A stretch of DNA of 49,082 nt from Phenylobacterium sp. (GTDB lineage Bacteria; Pseudomonadota; Alphaproteobacteria; Caulobacterales; Caulobacteraceae): the NCBI GenBank assembly GCA_036496685.1, contig DASXKT010000285.1, positions 1 to 49,082 of the forward strand, in the 5' to 3' direction. The translations under genes and the position numbers were made by a program. How positions within the stretch are numbered: the stretch's first letter is position 1; each line of letters begins with the position of its first letter. Positions 1 to 11,199 of the stretch are shown in pieces. The notes under the pieces were generated by a model. That model searched no databases. It was not told where the DNA came from and worked only from the letters and a program-made list of their open reading frames with translations.

Positions 1-916
1 GAACTCCTACGTGAACGGCCCCGACGCCAGCGCGACAGGCCCTGGCGTCATCACCAGCTCCGCCTACGGCCCCTACTACGTCAGCAAGGTCAGCCACGAC
101 TACGTGGACTTCCTGCCCAGCATCAACCTGACGTTCGACGTCAAGGACGACCTTTATCTGAGGGTCTCGGCCGCCCAGACCATCGCGCGGCCTGACTACA
201 GCGCGCTCGGCGGCGCGGTGTCGCTGACCGACACGATCCTCACCGGCAACGGCGGCAACCCGGACCTGAAGCCGATCAAGGCCGCGGTCTACGACGCAGC
301 TCTGGAGTGGTACTACGCCCCGACCTCGCTCGCGGCGATCAGCGTCTTCTACCAGAACCTGTCCTCGTACGTGACGTTCGGGACGCACAACGCCGTCTAC
401 CTGAACGCGCTGCTGTCCAAGGCCGCCACGCCGGGCGGACCGGTCGTTCCGGTCTTCTCGAACTACTCGATCTCTTCGCCCAGCAATACGACGGGCGAGG
501 TCAGGGGCGTCGAACTCCAGGTGCAACAGCCACTGCCCTACGACTTCGGGTTCCAGGCCAACGCCACCTACATCGACTCCGAGGACGCCGACGGCCATCC
601 GCTGGTGGGCGCTTCGAGGTGGACCGCGAACCTGGTGGGCTACTACGAGGCCCATGGCTTCAGCGCACGTCTGGCCTACACCTACCGTTCGCACTTCTTC
701 GTCGGCCTGGACCGGAGCGCCGCCGAAAACCAGGACAACTACGGCCAGCTCGACGCCTCGGCCAGCTACCGGATCAACAACAACATCGAGCTCACCCTCG
801 ACGCTCTGAATATCACCGACAACAACCTGAAATACTACGCGCTGAACAAGAGCCAGCCGCGGGCCGTCTATGACAACGGCACGCAGATCTTCTTCGGCTT
901 CAGGCTTCGCTACTAG
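1..916 (+). CDS. TonB-dependent receptor, C-terminal part (gene begins upstream of window)
   Basis: Beta-barrel motifs typical of TBDRs (IARPDY, GNGGNPDLKP, LDALNITD) and an aromatic C-terminal residue (GFRLRY); frame is open from the window edge. Confidence 0.92.
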   Translation, partial: NSYVNGPDASATGPGVITSSAYGPYYVSKVSHDYVDFLPSINLTFDVKDDLYLRVSAAQTIARPDYSALGGAVSLTDTILTGNGGNPDLKPIKAAVYDAALEWYYAPTSLAAISVFYQNLSSYVTFGTHNAVYLNALLSKAATPGGPVVPVFSNYSISSPSNTTGEVRGVELQVQQPLPYDFGFQANATYIDSEDADGHPLVGASRWTANLVGYYEAHGFSARLAYTYRSHFFVGLDRSAAENQDNYGQLDASASYRINNNIELTLDALNITDNNLKYYALNKSQPRAVYDNGTQIFFGFRLRY

Positions 917-942
917 AGGTATTTCCCCGAGGACGGCAACTG

Positions 943-973
943 AAGCGGAGCGACCTGTCGCTCCGCTTTTTTT
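943..973 (+). terminator. Rho-independent terminator
   Basis: AAGCGGAGCGA-CCTG-TCGCTCCGCTT perfect 11-bp stem running into a T7 tract, 26 nt after the TBDR stop. Confidence 0.88.
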
Positions 974-977
974 GTGC

Positions 978-2582
978 TCAGTCCCGGTCGTACCTAAACC
1001 GCCCCACCCACGGCTCCAGCACCGGAAGCACGGGCGCTAGCTCCGCTTCATAGCTGCGCCAGCGCGCCAACCCCTTGCGGTTGAGGCCGGCGCGAACTTG
1101 CTGCGCGCTTGGGGTCCGCACCGATCGCCGGTTCGCCGTGCGCGCCACGTCGGACATCGCCGGTTCCGGCGCAATTCCCAGGAACCGACAGACCTCGGCG
1201 AGCCCACGGCCAAAACCCGCGATCAGCGCCTCGTGGCGGACGTCCAGCACCTTCAGCGGCAGCACTCGGCGGTAGGTCTCCGCCATCGTCATGCAGGCCG
1301 CGTAGCAGCCGGCCGTCTGCGCCAGGTCGGTGAAGGCGTAGGTCATGGCGTTGAGCTGGAAGTTGTTGCGCAGGCAGCTCAGGGTCACGTCGCGCGGATC
1401 GCGCACCGCGAACAGGATCCTCGCGTCAGGGAACAGCTTGGCCACCAGCGGCAGATCAACGGTTCCGGCCGGCGCCTTGTCGAGGAACAGTCGACCGGCG
1501 GTCTTGACCCCGTAGCCTGCGACGTCAGCCCAGTAGCGGGCGCGCCAGGGTGCGGCCTCCGCCGGCGTCAACCTGGCCAGCCGTTCCAGTCCCTGCGGGG
1601 TGCTCATGAATTCAGCGTGTGCGGCGGCCAGGGTCGGCGCCTCTTCCAGCGCGGCGACACGCGAATGCCCAGCCAGAGCCTGCTCGAGTAGGGTGGTGCC
1701 GGATCGCGGGAAGCCAACGAGGAAGGCATGGCTGTCCGCCTGTCCCGCAGCTGGGATCGCGAGCGGCGGCGCCTGCCAAGGTGCGGGATCGGTCGCGGCG
1801 AACCAACCCTCGATGCGCTCGAACCGGGCGATCGCGCCCTCGCGCCCGGCGGCGCGCTCCGCAAAGAGGCTCCGCTGCAGGGCCTTGCCCGCGACGGCCG
1901 CCGCGAAGGCCTCAGGTGGTCGGCCAAGCGCATCCAGCGCCTCGGAGACCATCAGCAGAGCGTCGGCCCGTTGCTCAGCGCCCAGGCGCGGATCCCGGGC
2001 CAGAGCGGCCAACTGCCTCTCCGCTGTCGCCGCGTCCCCGCGCCCCAGCGCCACCCGCGCGCTGAGCCAGGCGAGCGCCGGGGCATCGGGATGCCGCGCC
2101 CGCAACGGCGCCGCCCACCGGTCGGCTTCCGTCCAGTCTCCTGCTTCCGTGGCAAGCAGCGCCAGGCCAAAGGCTGCGTCGAAACGGTCGGGCTCGCGCG
2201 CCAACGCCCGCTGATAGAGCGCCTTCGCCTCTTCCACCCTGCCCGTGTCCTGCAGGATCCTCGCCTTCCCGCAGAGGGCGTCGGGCGCGTCGGGAACCAG
2301 AGCGAGCGCGCGGTCCCAGGCGATGATGGCGTCTTCCGGCCGGCGAGCGGCGAACAGGCTCATGGCAAGGGCCGACCAGGCCGCAGCGTCGTGGGGCGTC
2401 TGCTTTAGCCGCCGCTCCGCTTGCGCGATCGCGTCCGCAAACCGTCCCGCACGCAGGAGGCTCTCAGGGGATTCGAGTTCGGACGGGGGGATCTGGCGTC
2501 TCCGGGCCGGTATCGGCGGCCTTTCGAGACTAAGGCGATTTTCGCCACGATGACAGAATGGCCGGCAAAGGCCGTCGCTCAC
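978..2582 (-). CDS. Tetratricopeptide-repeat sulfotransferase family protein (start uncertain)
   Basis: Ala-rich TPR repeats at the N-terminus; PAPS-binding loop FLVGFPRSGTTLLE, FLDKAP, RDPRD and VRTPSAQQVR motifs. Confidence 0.88.
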   Translation of the reverse strand: MSDGLCRPFCHRGENRLSLERPPIPARRRQIPPSELESPESLLRAGRFADAIAQAERRLKQTPHDAAAWSALAMSLFAARRPEDAIIAWDRALALVPDAPDALCGKARILQDTGRVEEAKALYQRALAREPDRFDAAFGLALLATEAGDWTEADRWAAPLRARHPDAPALAWLSARVALGRGDAATAERQLAALARDPRLGAEQRADALLMVSEALDALGRPPEAFAAAVAGKALQRSLFAERAAGREGAIARFERIEGWFAATDPAPWQAPPLAIPAAGQADSHAFLVGFPRSGTTLLEQALAGHSRVAALEEAPTLAAAHAEFMSTPQGLERLARLTPAEAAPWRARYWADVAGYGVKTAGRLFLDKAPAGTVDLPLVAKLFPDARILFAVRDPRDVTLSCLRNNFQLNAMTYAFTDLAQTAGCYAACMTMAETYRRVLPLKVLDVRHEALIAGFGRGLAEVCRFLGIAPEPAMSDVARTANRRSVRTPSAQQVRAGLNRKGLARWRSYEAELAPVLPVLEPWVGRFRYDRD

Positions 2583-2704
2583 TGACCTGATGCGCGGGGC
2601 GAGGTGGACGCAATGATGGCGCCGGCCGGCCTGGCTGCGCTATTCGCTTAGACGCCGTGCCGCGAACGGGCGCAGGCTCGCACGGAACGGAGACGCGGCC
2701 CGCC

Positions 2705-3802
2705 ATGGTCATCAGGGACATCGATACGGACGCCGCCGCGGCGCACGAGATGTTCCAGTCCTTCGAGGGCATGGAGGGCCTGCCGGTCTCCGCTCCGGCC
2801 GCGCGTCGCCAGCTCAGCGTCGAAGCCTTCGCGCGCTCGGTCTATCCGGGCGTCTTAGTGGCGCTGACGATCGCGCTCGCCGCGGACTGGCTCGCCTCGC
2901 ACTACAAGGCGCCGGTGATGCTGTTCGCCCTGCTGTTCGGCATGACCTTCCACTTCCTACATGAGGAAGGCCGCTGCATTCCCGGGATCGAGTTCGCATC
3001 CAAGGCGGTCCTGAGAACGGGTGTCGCCCTCCTGGGTGCGCGCATCACTGTCGAGCAGATCATCGCCCTTGGCCCCACGCCCATCGCCATGGTTGTGGCC
3101 GGCGTTGCGACGACCCTGCTGGTCGGATTGGGGCTGGCGCGCCTGCTTGGCCTTAGCCGCGCCTTTGGCGTCTTGTCAGGGGGCTCGGTCGGCATCTGCG
3201 GCGCCTCGGCCGCCCTGGCGATCGCCTCGGTGCTGCCGAAGACCAAGGAGAGCGAGCGCGACGTGATCCTGGCCGTCGTTGTGGTGACGACCCTCTCCAC
3301 GATCGCCATGATCCTCTATCCGATGCTGGTGACCGCGCTCGGCCTCGACCACCAGCGGGCGGGCCTGTTCCTCGGCGGCACGATCCATGACGTCGCCCAG
3401 GTGGTCGGGGCCGGCTACATGATCTCGCAGCAGACCGGTGACGTGGCGACCTATGTGAAGTTGCTGCGTGTCGCCATGCTGCTGCCGGTGGTGGCGAGCA
3501 TCGCCCTTGTTCTCTCGCGTGGGCGCGCGGGGCAATCGAGCGCCAGGGTGCCGATCCCCACGTTCCTCTTCGGGTTCGCGGCGCTGGTGGCGTTGAACAG
3601 CCTTGGATTTCTTCCGAAGCCCGTGGTCGCCGGTGCGGGCGAGGTCTCCCGCTGGTGCCTTGTCGTGGCGATCGCCGCGCTCGGCATGAAGACCTCCTTC
3701 AAGGCCCTGATCGCCGCGGGCTGGCGCCCGATCGTCGTCATGGGTCTGGAGACCGCCTGGATCGCAGCACTCGTGCTGGCTGTGGTGGAATTCGCCACTT
3801 AG
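2705..3802 (+). CDS. YeiH/UPF0324 family membrane protein (putative sulfate exporter)
   Basis: About ten hydrophobic helices; GICGASAALA, GGTIHDVAQVVGAG and VKLLRV motifs; ATG at 2705 chosen. Confidence 0.88.
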   Translation: MVIRDIDTDAAAAHEMFQSFEGMEGLPVSAPAARRQLSVEAFARSVYPGVLVALTIALAADWLASHYKAPVMLFALLFGMTFHFLHEEGRCIPGIEFASKAVLRTGVALLGARITVEQIIALGPTPIAMVVAGVATTLLVGLGLARLLGLSRAFGVLSGGSVGICGASAALAIASVLPKTKESERDVILAVVVVTTLSTIAMILYPMLVTALGLDHQRAGLFLGGTIHDVAQVVGAGYMISQQTGDVATYVKLLRVAMLLPVVASIALVLSRGRAGQSSARVPIPTFLFGFAALVALNSLGFLPKPVVAGAGEVSRWCLVVAIAALGMKTSFKALIAAGWRPIVVMGLETAWIAALVLAVVEFAT

Positions 3803-3876
3803 CGGAATTTTGCCCGCAGGGAAGCCTTCGGAAAGCATTTGCCCGTACGACTGAGCGCGAAAGGCGGTCGTAACTC

Positions 3877-6360
3877 GTGCGCGGCATCCAATTCCGATCG
3901 ATAAGCACCCTCTTGCTGACGGCGTTCGTCGTCAGCATGACCCTTGTGCTGCTGGTCGACGCTCTGGCGACCTATTCCCAGTATCGCAAGCAGGACGAAC
4001 AGCATCGGATCGCCGAATTGGCGATCTATGTGAAGGAGCGCACGCGCACCGAAAAGGAGTCCTTCGAGACCCTCCGCGCCAAACACGTCGCCGCCAGCGA
4101 GGCCCTGCGCCGTCGCCTCTCGGTCGTGCGGCGTGAGCGAGAGCTGGATCGGCAGTTCGACGCCTGGTTCCCAAAGAAGGCCGACGGCACGCGGCGCAGC
4201 CGCGACAGCCTCTACGGCGGCGAGCAAACTGCCGAGGGCGACGCCATCTACGGGCTGGGCGCCTATATCGGGCACGCCGCTAAGCTGACCGAGGACGACA
4301 AGCGGATGATCACCGCCGCCACCGTGGTGGTGAGCCGTGTGGGCGAATCCGACCTCGCCCGGTCGGAAAACTTCTTCTTCCTGGCCCCCAAGGACCGGCT
4401 GATCCTTTTCGCCCCACACCGGGCGGCAGCGCTCTCCTTCTTCCGCAAGACGCCGGCGGCCAACGTCGCCTTCGACCGCACCGAAGAGGGCAGCTACCCC
4501 CTGCCGGAGAACAACCGGACGGGCCGCATGCGCTGCATGCCGCTGTCCGCCCTGATGCAGGACAAGACCCAAGGGAGCCTGATCTCGGGGTGCGTCAGTC
4601 CCGTGTACGTCAACGGCCGCTACGTCGGCGCCTGGGGCTCCACGGTGATGGCGGACCCCTACCTGTCGCAGGTCGTTCACGACGCGCCCGCCGGCGCTGC
4701 CAGCCTCATCGTCACCGACAAGGGCGACCTCATCGCCGCGCCAGGGATCACCCGCGACCAAGCTTACGATCCCCAGGCGGTCGCGAGCGTCAAGGAAACC
4801 TACGGGCTCGATGGCCTCACCACGCGCATCAACGCCCAGGGCAAGCCCACTGGCGTGGTCGAAAGCTCCGACGGCAAGACGCTGATCGCCTATGGGCGCC
4901 TCGATGGCCCGTCGTGGCTGCTGCTCATCGCCTACCCCAAGGCTAAGATCGCGGTCGGGGCGCTTAAGGCGGTTCTCTCCGAGTTCGCCAGCAAGTTCCT
5001 GATCGTGGCGATCGCAGGCGCGATCCTGTTCAGCATGGTGCGGCGCCTCGTGGTCTCGCCCCTGCGCGCGCTCGGCGACTCGACCGACGCGGAAGCCGAT
5101 GTGCTAGCCCAGCGCCCCGACGAGATCGGCCAACTCGCCAGGTCCCTCATCGAGGACCGCAAGCGTGAGGACGAGATCCTGGAAGACCTGGAGGCGCGGG
5201 TGCAGACCCGCACCGCCGAGCTTGAACGCGCCAACGCCGCCAAGAGCGAGTTCCTGGCCAATATGAGCCATGAGCTGCGCACGCCCCTGAACGGGGTGAT
5301 CGCGCTCTCCGACACCCTGGCCAAGGAGCAGACGTCGGAGCGCGGGCGCGAGATGGCGCAACTGGTGCTGGCATCGGGCCGGCTGCTCGAGCAGGTTCTG
5401 AACGACATCCTCGACATTTCCCGCATCGAGGCCGGAGAGCTGACGATCGACGGCGCGCCCTTCGACATTGAATCGTGCGTCACGACGATCTCGGCTGTCC
5501 ATCGGGCGAGCGCCGAGGCCAAGGGCCTCGCCTTCGAGATCCACGTCGACGAGACCGCGCGCGGCTCGTGCTTCGGTGACGACGTCCGGGTGTCCCAGAT
5601 CCTTTCGAACCTGCTGTCCAACGCCGTCAAATTCACGACGTCCGGGGCGGTAACCGTGTCCGTGGCGAGGCAAGGCGAGCAGGTGACGTTCACCGTGACG
5701 GATACGGGCGTCGGCATTTCGGACGACGTCCAGGCTCAACTGCTGAGCCGCTTCCGTCAGACGGACATTCCGGTCACCCAACGCTTCGCAGGTTGCGGAC
5801 TTGGCCTGGCGATCTCTTCGTCACTGGCAGGGATGATGGGCGGTCAGATCGAGGCCGACTCCGAGCCTGGCCAGGGATCGACCTTCTCCGTGACCCTGCC
5901 CTTGCCGGTGACCGAGGTGCTGCTCGAAGCTTCTCCGATCGACGATGGCGTCCGGATCGACCTGTCGGAGATGCGGGTGTTGCTGGCGGAGGATCACCCC
6001 ACCAACCGCGCGATCGTCTCGCTGATCCTCGAGCCGCTCGGCGTGGACCTAAAGATGGTCGAGAACGGCCGCGAGGCGGTGGAGACCGTAGTGCGCGAGG
6101 GCTTCGACCTGATCCTCATGGACTTGCAGATGCCGGTTCTGGACGGCCTCGGGGCGGCGCGCGAGATCCGCTCGCTGGAGATGGCCCGGGGTCGGCCGCG
6201 CACGCCGATCGTGGCGCTTTCCGCCAACGCACTGCCGGAACATGTCTCGGGCGCGCGCGCCGCGGGTATGGACGACCACCTCGCCAAGCCGATCAGCGCG
6301 GACGACGTGGTCGCCCTGCTGATCCGTATCCACCAGGAAAAGACCGCCGAGGCGGCCTAG
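3877..6360 (+). CDS. Hybrid sensor histidine kinase/response regulator with periplasmic (Cache-like) domain
   Basis: Two TM segments flanking a ~330-aa domain; H-box FLANMSHELRTPLNG, N-box NLLSNAVKFT, DTGVG; receiver LLAEDH...DLILMDLQMP...KP. Confidence 0.93.
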   Translation: MRGIQFRSISTLLLTAFVVSMTLVLLVDALATYSQYRKQDEQHRIAELAIYVKERTRTEKESFETLRAKHVAASEALRRRLSVVRRERELDRQFDAWFPKKADGTRRSRDSLYGGEQTAEGDAIYGLGAYIGHAAKLTEDDKRMITAATVVVSRVGESDLARSENFFFLAPKDRLILFAPHRAAALSFFRKTPAANVAFDRTEEGSYPLPENNRTGRMRCMPLSALMQDKTQGSLISGCVSPVYVNGRYVGAWGSTVMADPYLSQVVHDAPAGAASLIVTDKGDLIAAPGITRDQAYDPQAVASVKETYGLDGLTTRINAQGKPTGVVESSDGKTLIAYGRLDGPSWLLLIAYPKAKIAVGALKAVLSEFASKFLIVAIAGAILFSMVRRLVVSPLRALGDSTDAEADVLAQRPDEIGQLARSLIEDRKREDEILEDLEARVQTRTAELERANAAKSEFLANMSHELRTPLNGVIALSDTLAKEQTSERGREMAQLVLASGRLLEQVLNDILDISRIEAGELTIDGAPFDIESCVTTISAVHRASAEAKGLAFEIHVDETARGSCFGDDVRVSQILSNLLSNAVKFTTSGAVTVSVARQGEQVTFTVTDTGVGISDDVQAQLLSRFRQTDIPVTQRFAGCGLGLAISSSLAGMMGGQIEADSEPGQGSTFSVTLPLPVTEVLLEASPIDDGVRIDLSEMRVLLAEDHPTNRAIVSLILEPLGVDLKMVENGREAVETVVREGFDLILMDLQMPVLDGLGAAREIRSLEMARGRPRTPIVALSANALPEHVSGARAAGMDDHLAKPISADDVVALLIRIHQEKTAEAA

Positions 6361-6369
6361 GGTCCGCGA

Positions 6370-6999
6370 CTATCGGGTCCCGTACATCCGATCGCCGGCG
6401 TCACCGAGGCCGGGCAGGATATAGCCGTGGTCGTTCAGCTTCTCGTCCACCGCCGCGGTCCAGATGTGGACGCCCGGGTGGTGGCCCTGGAACTTCGAGA
6501 TGCCTTCCGGAGAGGCCAGGAGGCACGCCATGCGGATCGCCGTCGCGCCGGCTTCCTTCAGCCGATCGACCGCAGCGATGGCGGTGTTGCCGGTCGCCAG
6601 CATGGGATCGATCACCACCACCAGCCGCTCGTCGATATCGGCCGGCGCCTTGAAGTAGTATTCGACACACTCGAGCGTCGCGGGATCTCGGTAGAGGCCG
6701 ACGTGGGCGACGCGGGCGGCGGGCGCCAGTTCGAGCATCCCGTCCAGCATGCCCATCCCCGAGCGCAGGATCGGCGCGAAGACCAGCTTCTTGCCGGCCA
6801 ACTGCTGCGCGGTCATCGCCTGCATCGGCGTCTCGATCTCCACTGCCTCGAGCGGCAGATCGCGGGTGACCTCGTAGCAGACCAGGACGCCGATCTCCTT
6901 CAGGAGTTGGCGGAAGCTCTTGATCGAGGTGTCCTTCCTCCGCATCAGCGTCAGCTTGTGCTGCACCAGCGGGTGATCGACGACGGTGACGCCCTTCAT
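6370..6999 (-). CDS. upp: Uracil phosphoribosyltransferase
   Basis: [22 protein letters not shown] and [12 protein letters not shown] signatures; 209 aa. Confidence 0.97.
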   Translation of the reverse strand: MKGVTVVDHPLVQHKLTLMRRKDTSIKSFRQLLKEIGVLVCYEVTRDLPLEAVEIETPMQAMTAQQLAGKKLVFAPILRSGMGMLDGMLELAPAARVAHVGLYRDPATLECVEYYFKAPADIDERLVVVIDPMLATGNTAIAAVDRLKEAGATAIRMACLLASPEGISKFQGHHPGVHIWTAAVDEKLNDHGYILPGLGDAGDRMYGTR

Positions 7000-7006
7000 G
7001 TGCCCC

Positions 7007-8218
7007 TCAAAAAACGGTACCGTCGCTGAGGACGGCGATCGGCGGCGCGCCAGCGGCCCGCTTTTCGAGGGCGATCCGGCGACCCGCCGCCCAGGTGCCG
7101 CCCTCCAGCACCCGCGCTAGCGGAAAGTTCTCCTGAGCGACACCCAGGCGCTCGCGCACCATAGGCGCGATCTTGTCCAGCAAGGCTACGGTAAGCGATC
7201 GCCAGCCGACAACCAGGGGCTCCGCTACGGGGTGGGCGCGGGACGCGTCGGCCGGGTCCGCCAGAGACAGAACGCCGGTGTCCACGAAGAGGCCGCCGTT
7301 TCGATATTCGGCGAGGCCTGTCAGGCCATCGACGTCGACCACCGTCATGCCCGCCGCTTCCAGCGGCTCGATCAGCGAGTAGGCCAGCCATTGCGAGAGC
7401 TTATGGATCGGCACGAGGCCGTCGGTGGGGTCGCTGCGCCGGATTGCAGGGTGTCGCCAGCAGTCGCCAAGCGGCACGCCGCCCAGGCGCAGACGGCCCG
7501 GCCAGATCGGGCCCAGCACCTCCAGCAGCACGTCGAGGATGACGGGCGCGGGCAGGATTCCGTTCGTCGCACGGGAGGCCATGACGTCGAACAGGGCGCC
7601 CGGCCGGCCGACGACCTCACCCAGGCGCCGCAACAAGGCGGCCCGGCCTTCGAGGCCGACCAGCGGGTTGCCAGCCGCAACCTGGAACGCCTTGGCCAGC
7701 ATCTCGGCGTCGACCCTACCCAGCGCGTCGGCGCGGAGGGGGTCGTCGCGGTCGGCTGAAAGCGCACCGGACTCGAAGAGCCGCAGCGAGGCGATGCCGA
7801 GCCCCTCGGATCTGCCGAGCACCGCGCCGGTCGCAACATCCCTGTAGCGCCAGGCCGGACCCGCGCCCGCGTCGAGCAGCACTGAGGTGATCGCCAGATC
7901 GAACGCCGCGCGCGCCTCGTCCTTTGGCTCGAGCCACGGCTTGTCCCGCGTCGCCCAGAGATCACGCCCATCGATCGTGAAATGCCGCCAGCGGGCATGG
8001 AAAGGAACATCGAGATCGGGATAGGCCTCGCGCACCACCTGCGCCGTCAGATCGGCGGCGGCGCCCAGTTGGCGCATCTCCACACGCCACTCGACGACGT
8101 CCCCCGCCAGGGCGGCGGCCAGCAGCTCGTGCGCACGTTCGCGCACCGCGCGCGCGGAAAGCAGGGTGCGCGCCGCGGTGGCGGCGTCGGCAGAAGCTCC
8201 GGCAGCCAGGTCAGTTAT
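7007..8218 (-). CDS. URC4/Urg3 family protein (DUF1688); first canonical start is GTG at 8146, possible ATA start at 8218
   Basis: [56 protein letters not shown] and SDGTVF motifs; lies between a URC1-like gene and upp. Confidence 0.88.
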   Translation of the reverse strand: MTDLAAGASADAATAARTLLSARAVRERAHELLAAALAGDVVEWRVEMRQLGAAADLTAQVVREAYPDLDVPFHARWRHFTIDGRDLWATRDKPWLEPKDEARAAFDLAITSVLLDAGAGPAWRYRDVATGAVLGRSEGLGIASLRLFESGALSADRDDPLRADALGRVDAEMLAKAFQVAAGNPLVGLEGRAALLRRLGEVVGRPGALFDVMASRATNGILPAPVILDVLLEVLGPIWPGRLRLGGVPLGDCWRHPAIRRSDPTDGLVPIHKLSQWLAYSLIEPLEAAGMTVVDVDGLTGLAEYRNGGLFVDTGVLSLADPADASRAHPVAEPLVVGWRSLTVALLDKIAPMVRERLGVAQENFPLARVLEGGTWAAGRRIALEKRAAGAPPIAVLSDGTVF

Positions 8219-8219
8219 C

Positions 8220-9476
<1,257 letters not shown>

Positions 9477-9659
9477 GGTTCGTCTGGGAAGCCTCCGGGA
9501 AACGAAAAAGGCCAACGCCCGCCTATCAGACCCGGCAAGCGTTACGACTTTGCTCTTAAGCGAGCATACCCCTGATATGGTTGCGCTTTATCGTCGGCGC
9601 CAGCCCGAGCCCCCAAGACCCTGCTGGGAACCGCCGGCGAGGCGGCCTAAGTATGAGAC

Positions 9660-10967
9660 GTGAGCCGACACGCCTATCGCGCCGCGCTGCTGCATGCGCT
9701 GGATGATCCCTTCAAGGCGTCGGCCGAGGCCGCCTGGGCCTACCATTCCGATGGGCTGCTGGTCGTCGAGGACGGCCATGTGGCGGCTTTCGGGGCCTAT
9801 CTGGACCTTGCACCCGGGCTGCCGGCGGGTGCTACGATCACAGAGTTCCCGGGCCGGTTGATCACCCCGGGCTTCGTCGACGCCCACATACATTATCCGC
9901 AGACGGACGTTGTCGCGCCCTGGGGCTCGCAGCTGCTGGAATGGCTGAACACCCACACATTCCCGGCCGAGCAGGCTTTCGCCGACCGGGCCCATGCCGA
10001 CGAGGCCGCCGGCTTCTTCCTGGATGAGCTGCTGCGCAACGGCACGACCAGCGCGCTGGTGTTCGGCACGGTGCATAAGACCTCTGTCGAGGCCCTCTTC
10101 GAGGCCGCGCTCGGGCGCAACATGCGGCTGATCGCCGGCAAGGTGCTGATGGACCGCCACGCACCGGCCGCGCTCTGCGACACCGTGGAGACTGGCCGCG
10201 CCGACACCGAAGCCCTGATCCGCGCGTGGCGCGGCCGCGGCCGCCTGGGCTACGCCGTCACGCCGCGCTTTGCCGTCACCTCGTCCGACGCCCAGCTCGC
10301 CATGGCCGGCGACGTCGCTGCAGCACACCCGGACGTGCTGATCCACACGCACATGTCAGAGAACCTGGAGGAGATCGCGCGCGTCGGCGAGCTGTTCCCC
10401 GACCACCACGACTACCTGGACGTCTACGCCCGTTATGGGTTGGTCACGCCGCGCTCGGTCTTCGCCCACTGCGTTCACACCACCGACGACGCGTTGCACC
10501 GCATGCGGCGAGCCGGCGCGGCGGCCGCCTTCTGCCCCTCCTCGAACCTCCTGCTGGGCAGTGGCCTCTTCAGCCTGAAGCAGGCCTGCCAATGCGGAGT
10601 CACCGTAGGCCTCGGCACCGATATTGGGGCGGGCGCGAGCTTCTCGCTGCTGCACATGATGGGCGAGGCCTACAAGGTGGGCCAGCTGGGCGGCGAGGCG
10701 CTCGACCCCATGCACGCCTTCTACCTCGCGACATTGGCCGGAGCCCGGGCGATGAAGATCGACGACAAGGTGGGCAACCTCACACCCGGCAAAGAGGCCG
10801 ACTTCCTGGTTCTTGACCTGGCCGCAACGCCCCTGCTCGCCCGTCGCACGGCAGCCGCCGGCGGCATCGCCGAGCAGCTGTCCGTGCTCGCGATCCTGGG
10901 CGACGATCGGGCGATCGAGCGAACCTATCTCGCAGGCCGACTCGCCCACAGCCGCCAAGCGACCTAG
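9660..10967 (+). CDS. guaD: Guanine deaminase
   Basis: PGFVDAHIHYPQ, QLLEWL..TFPAE, YAVTPRFA, HTHMSEN, FCPSSN..LGSG and GTDIGAG amidohydrolase motifs. Confidence 0.94.
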   Translation: MSRHAYRAALLHALDDPFKASAEAAWAYHSDGLLVVEDGHVAAFGAYLDLAPGLPAGATITEFPGRLITPGFVDAHIHYPQTDVVAPWGSQLLEWLNTHTFPAEQAFADRAHADEAAGFFLDELLRNGTTSALVFGTVHKTSVEALFEAALGRNMRLIAGKVLMDRHAPAALCDTVETGRADTEALIRAWRGRGRLGYAVTPRFAVTSSDAQLAMAGDVAAAHPDVLIHTHMSENLEEIARVGELFPDHHDYLDVYARYGLVTPRSVFAHCVHTTDDALHRMRRAGAAAAFCPSSNLLLGSGLFSLKQACQCGVTVGLGTDIGAGASFSLLHMMGEAYKVGQLGGEALDPMHAFYLATLAGARAMKIDDKVGNLTPGKEADFLVLDLAATPLLARRTAAAGGIAEQLSVLAILGDDRAIERTYLAGRLAHSRQAT

Positions 10968-11173
10968 CGCTTCAAGGCGCGGAACATCGCCCAGATCCCC
11001 GCCAGGACGACGACGGCGCCGATCAGCGCCCAGGTGGTTGAGGGACCTTGGACCGGCTCACAATCAGCGAAGCAGAGGATGGGGCGAAGGCGCACGGCGC
11101 CCAGTCCCTGCAGCAGCCATAGTCCGCCCAGCATGATGGCCAGGGCGCCGACGACCGCGATCAGCCTCCTCAT
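10964..11173 (-). CDS. Small two-helix membrane protein
   Basis: 69 aa, two hydrophobic helices with basic ends, GLWLLQGLG motif; co-oriented 26 bp after the dehydrogenase. Confidence 0.72.
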   Translation of the reverse strand: MRRLIAVVGALAIMLGGLWLLQGLGAVRLRPILCFADCEPVQGPSTTWALIGAVVVLAGIWAMFRALKR

Positions 11174-11199
11174 CGAGCGTGCGCCTTTCCTGGCCGCAG

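Noticed and set aside
2490-2582. Non-canonical ATC or ATA start for the TPR-sulfotransferase after GGAG or AAGG
   Set aside because: A canonical GTG exists at 2582; this cannot be decided without ortholog alignment
9477-9659. Purine or xanthine riboswitch between the URC1-like gene and guaD
   Set aside because: Only a short TGCTC-N6-GAGCA palindrome was seen; no recognisable aptamer; an Infernal/Rfam scan would be needed
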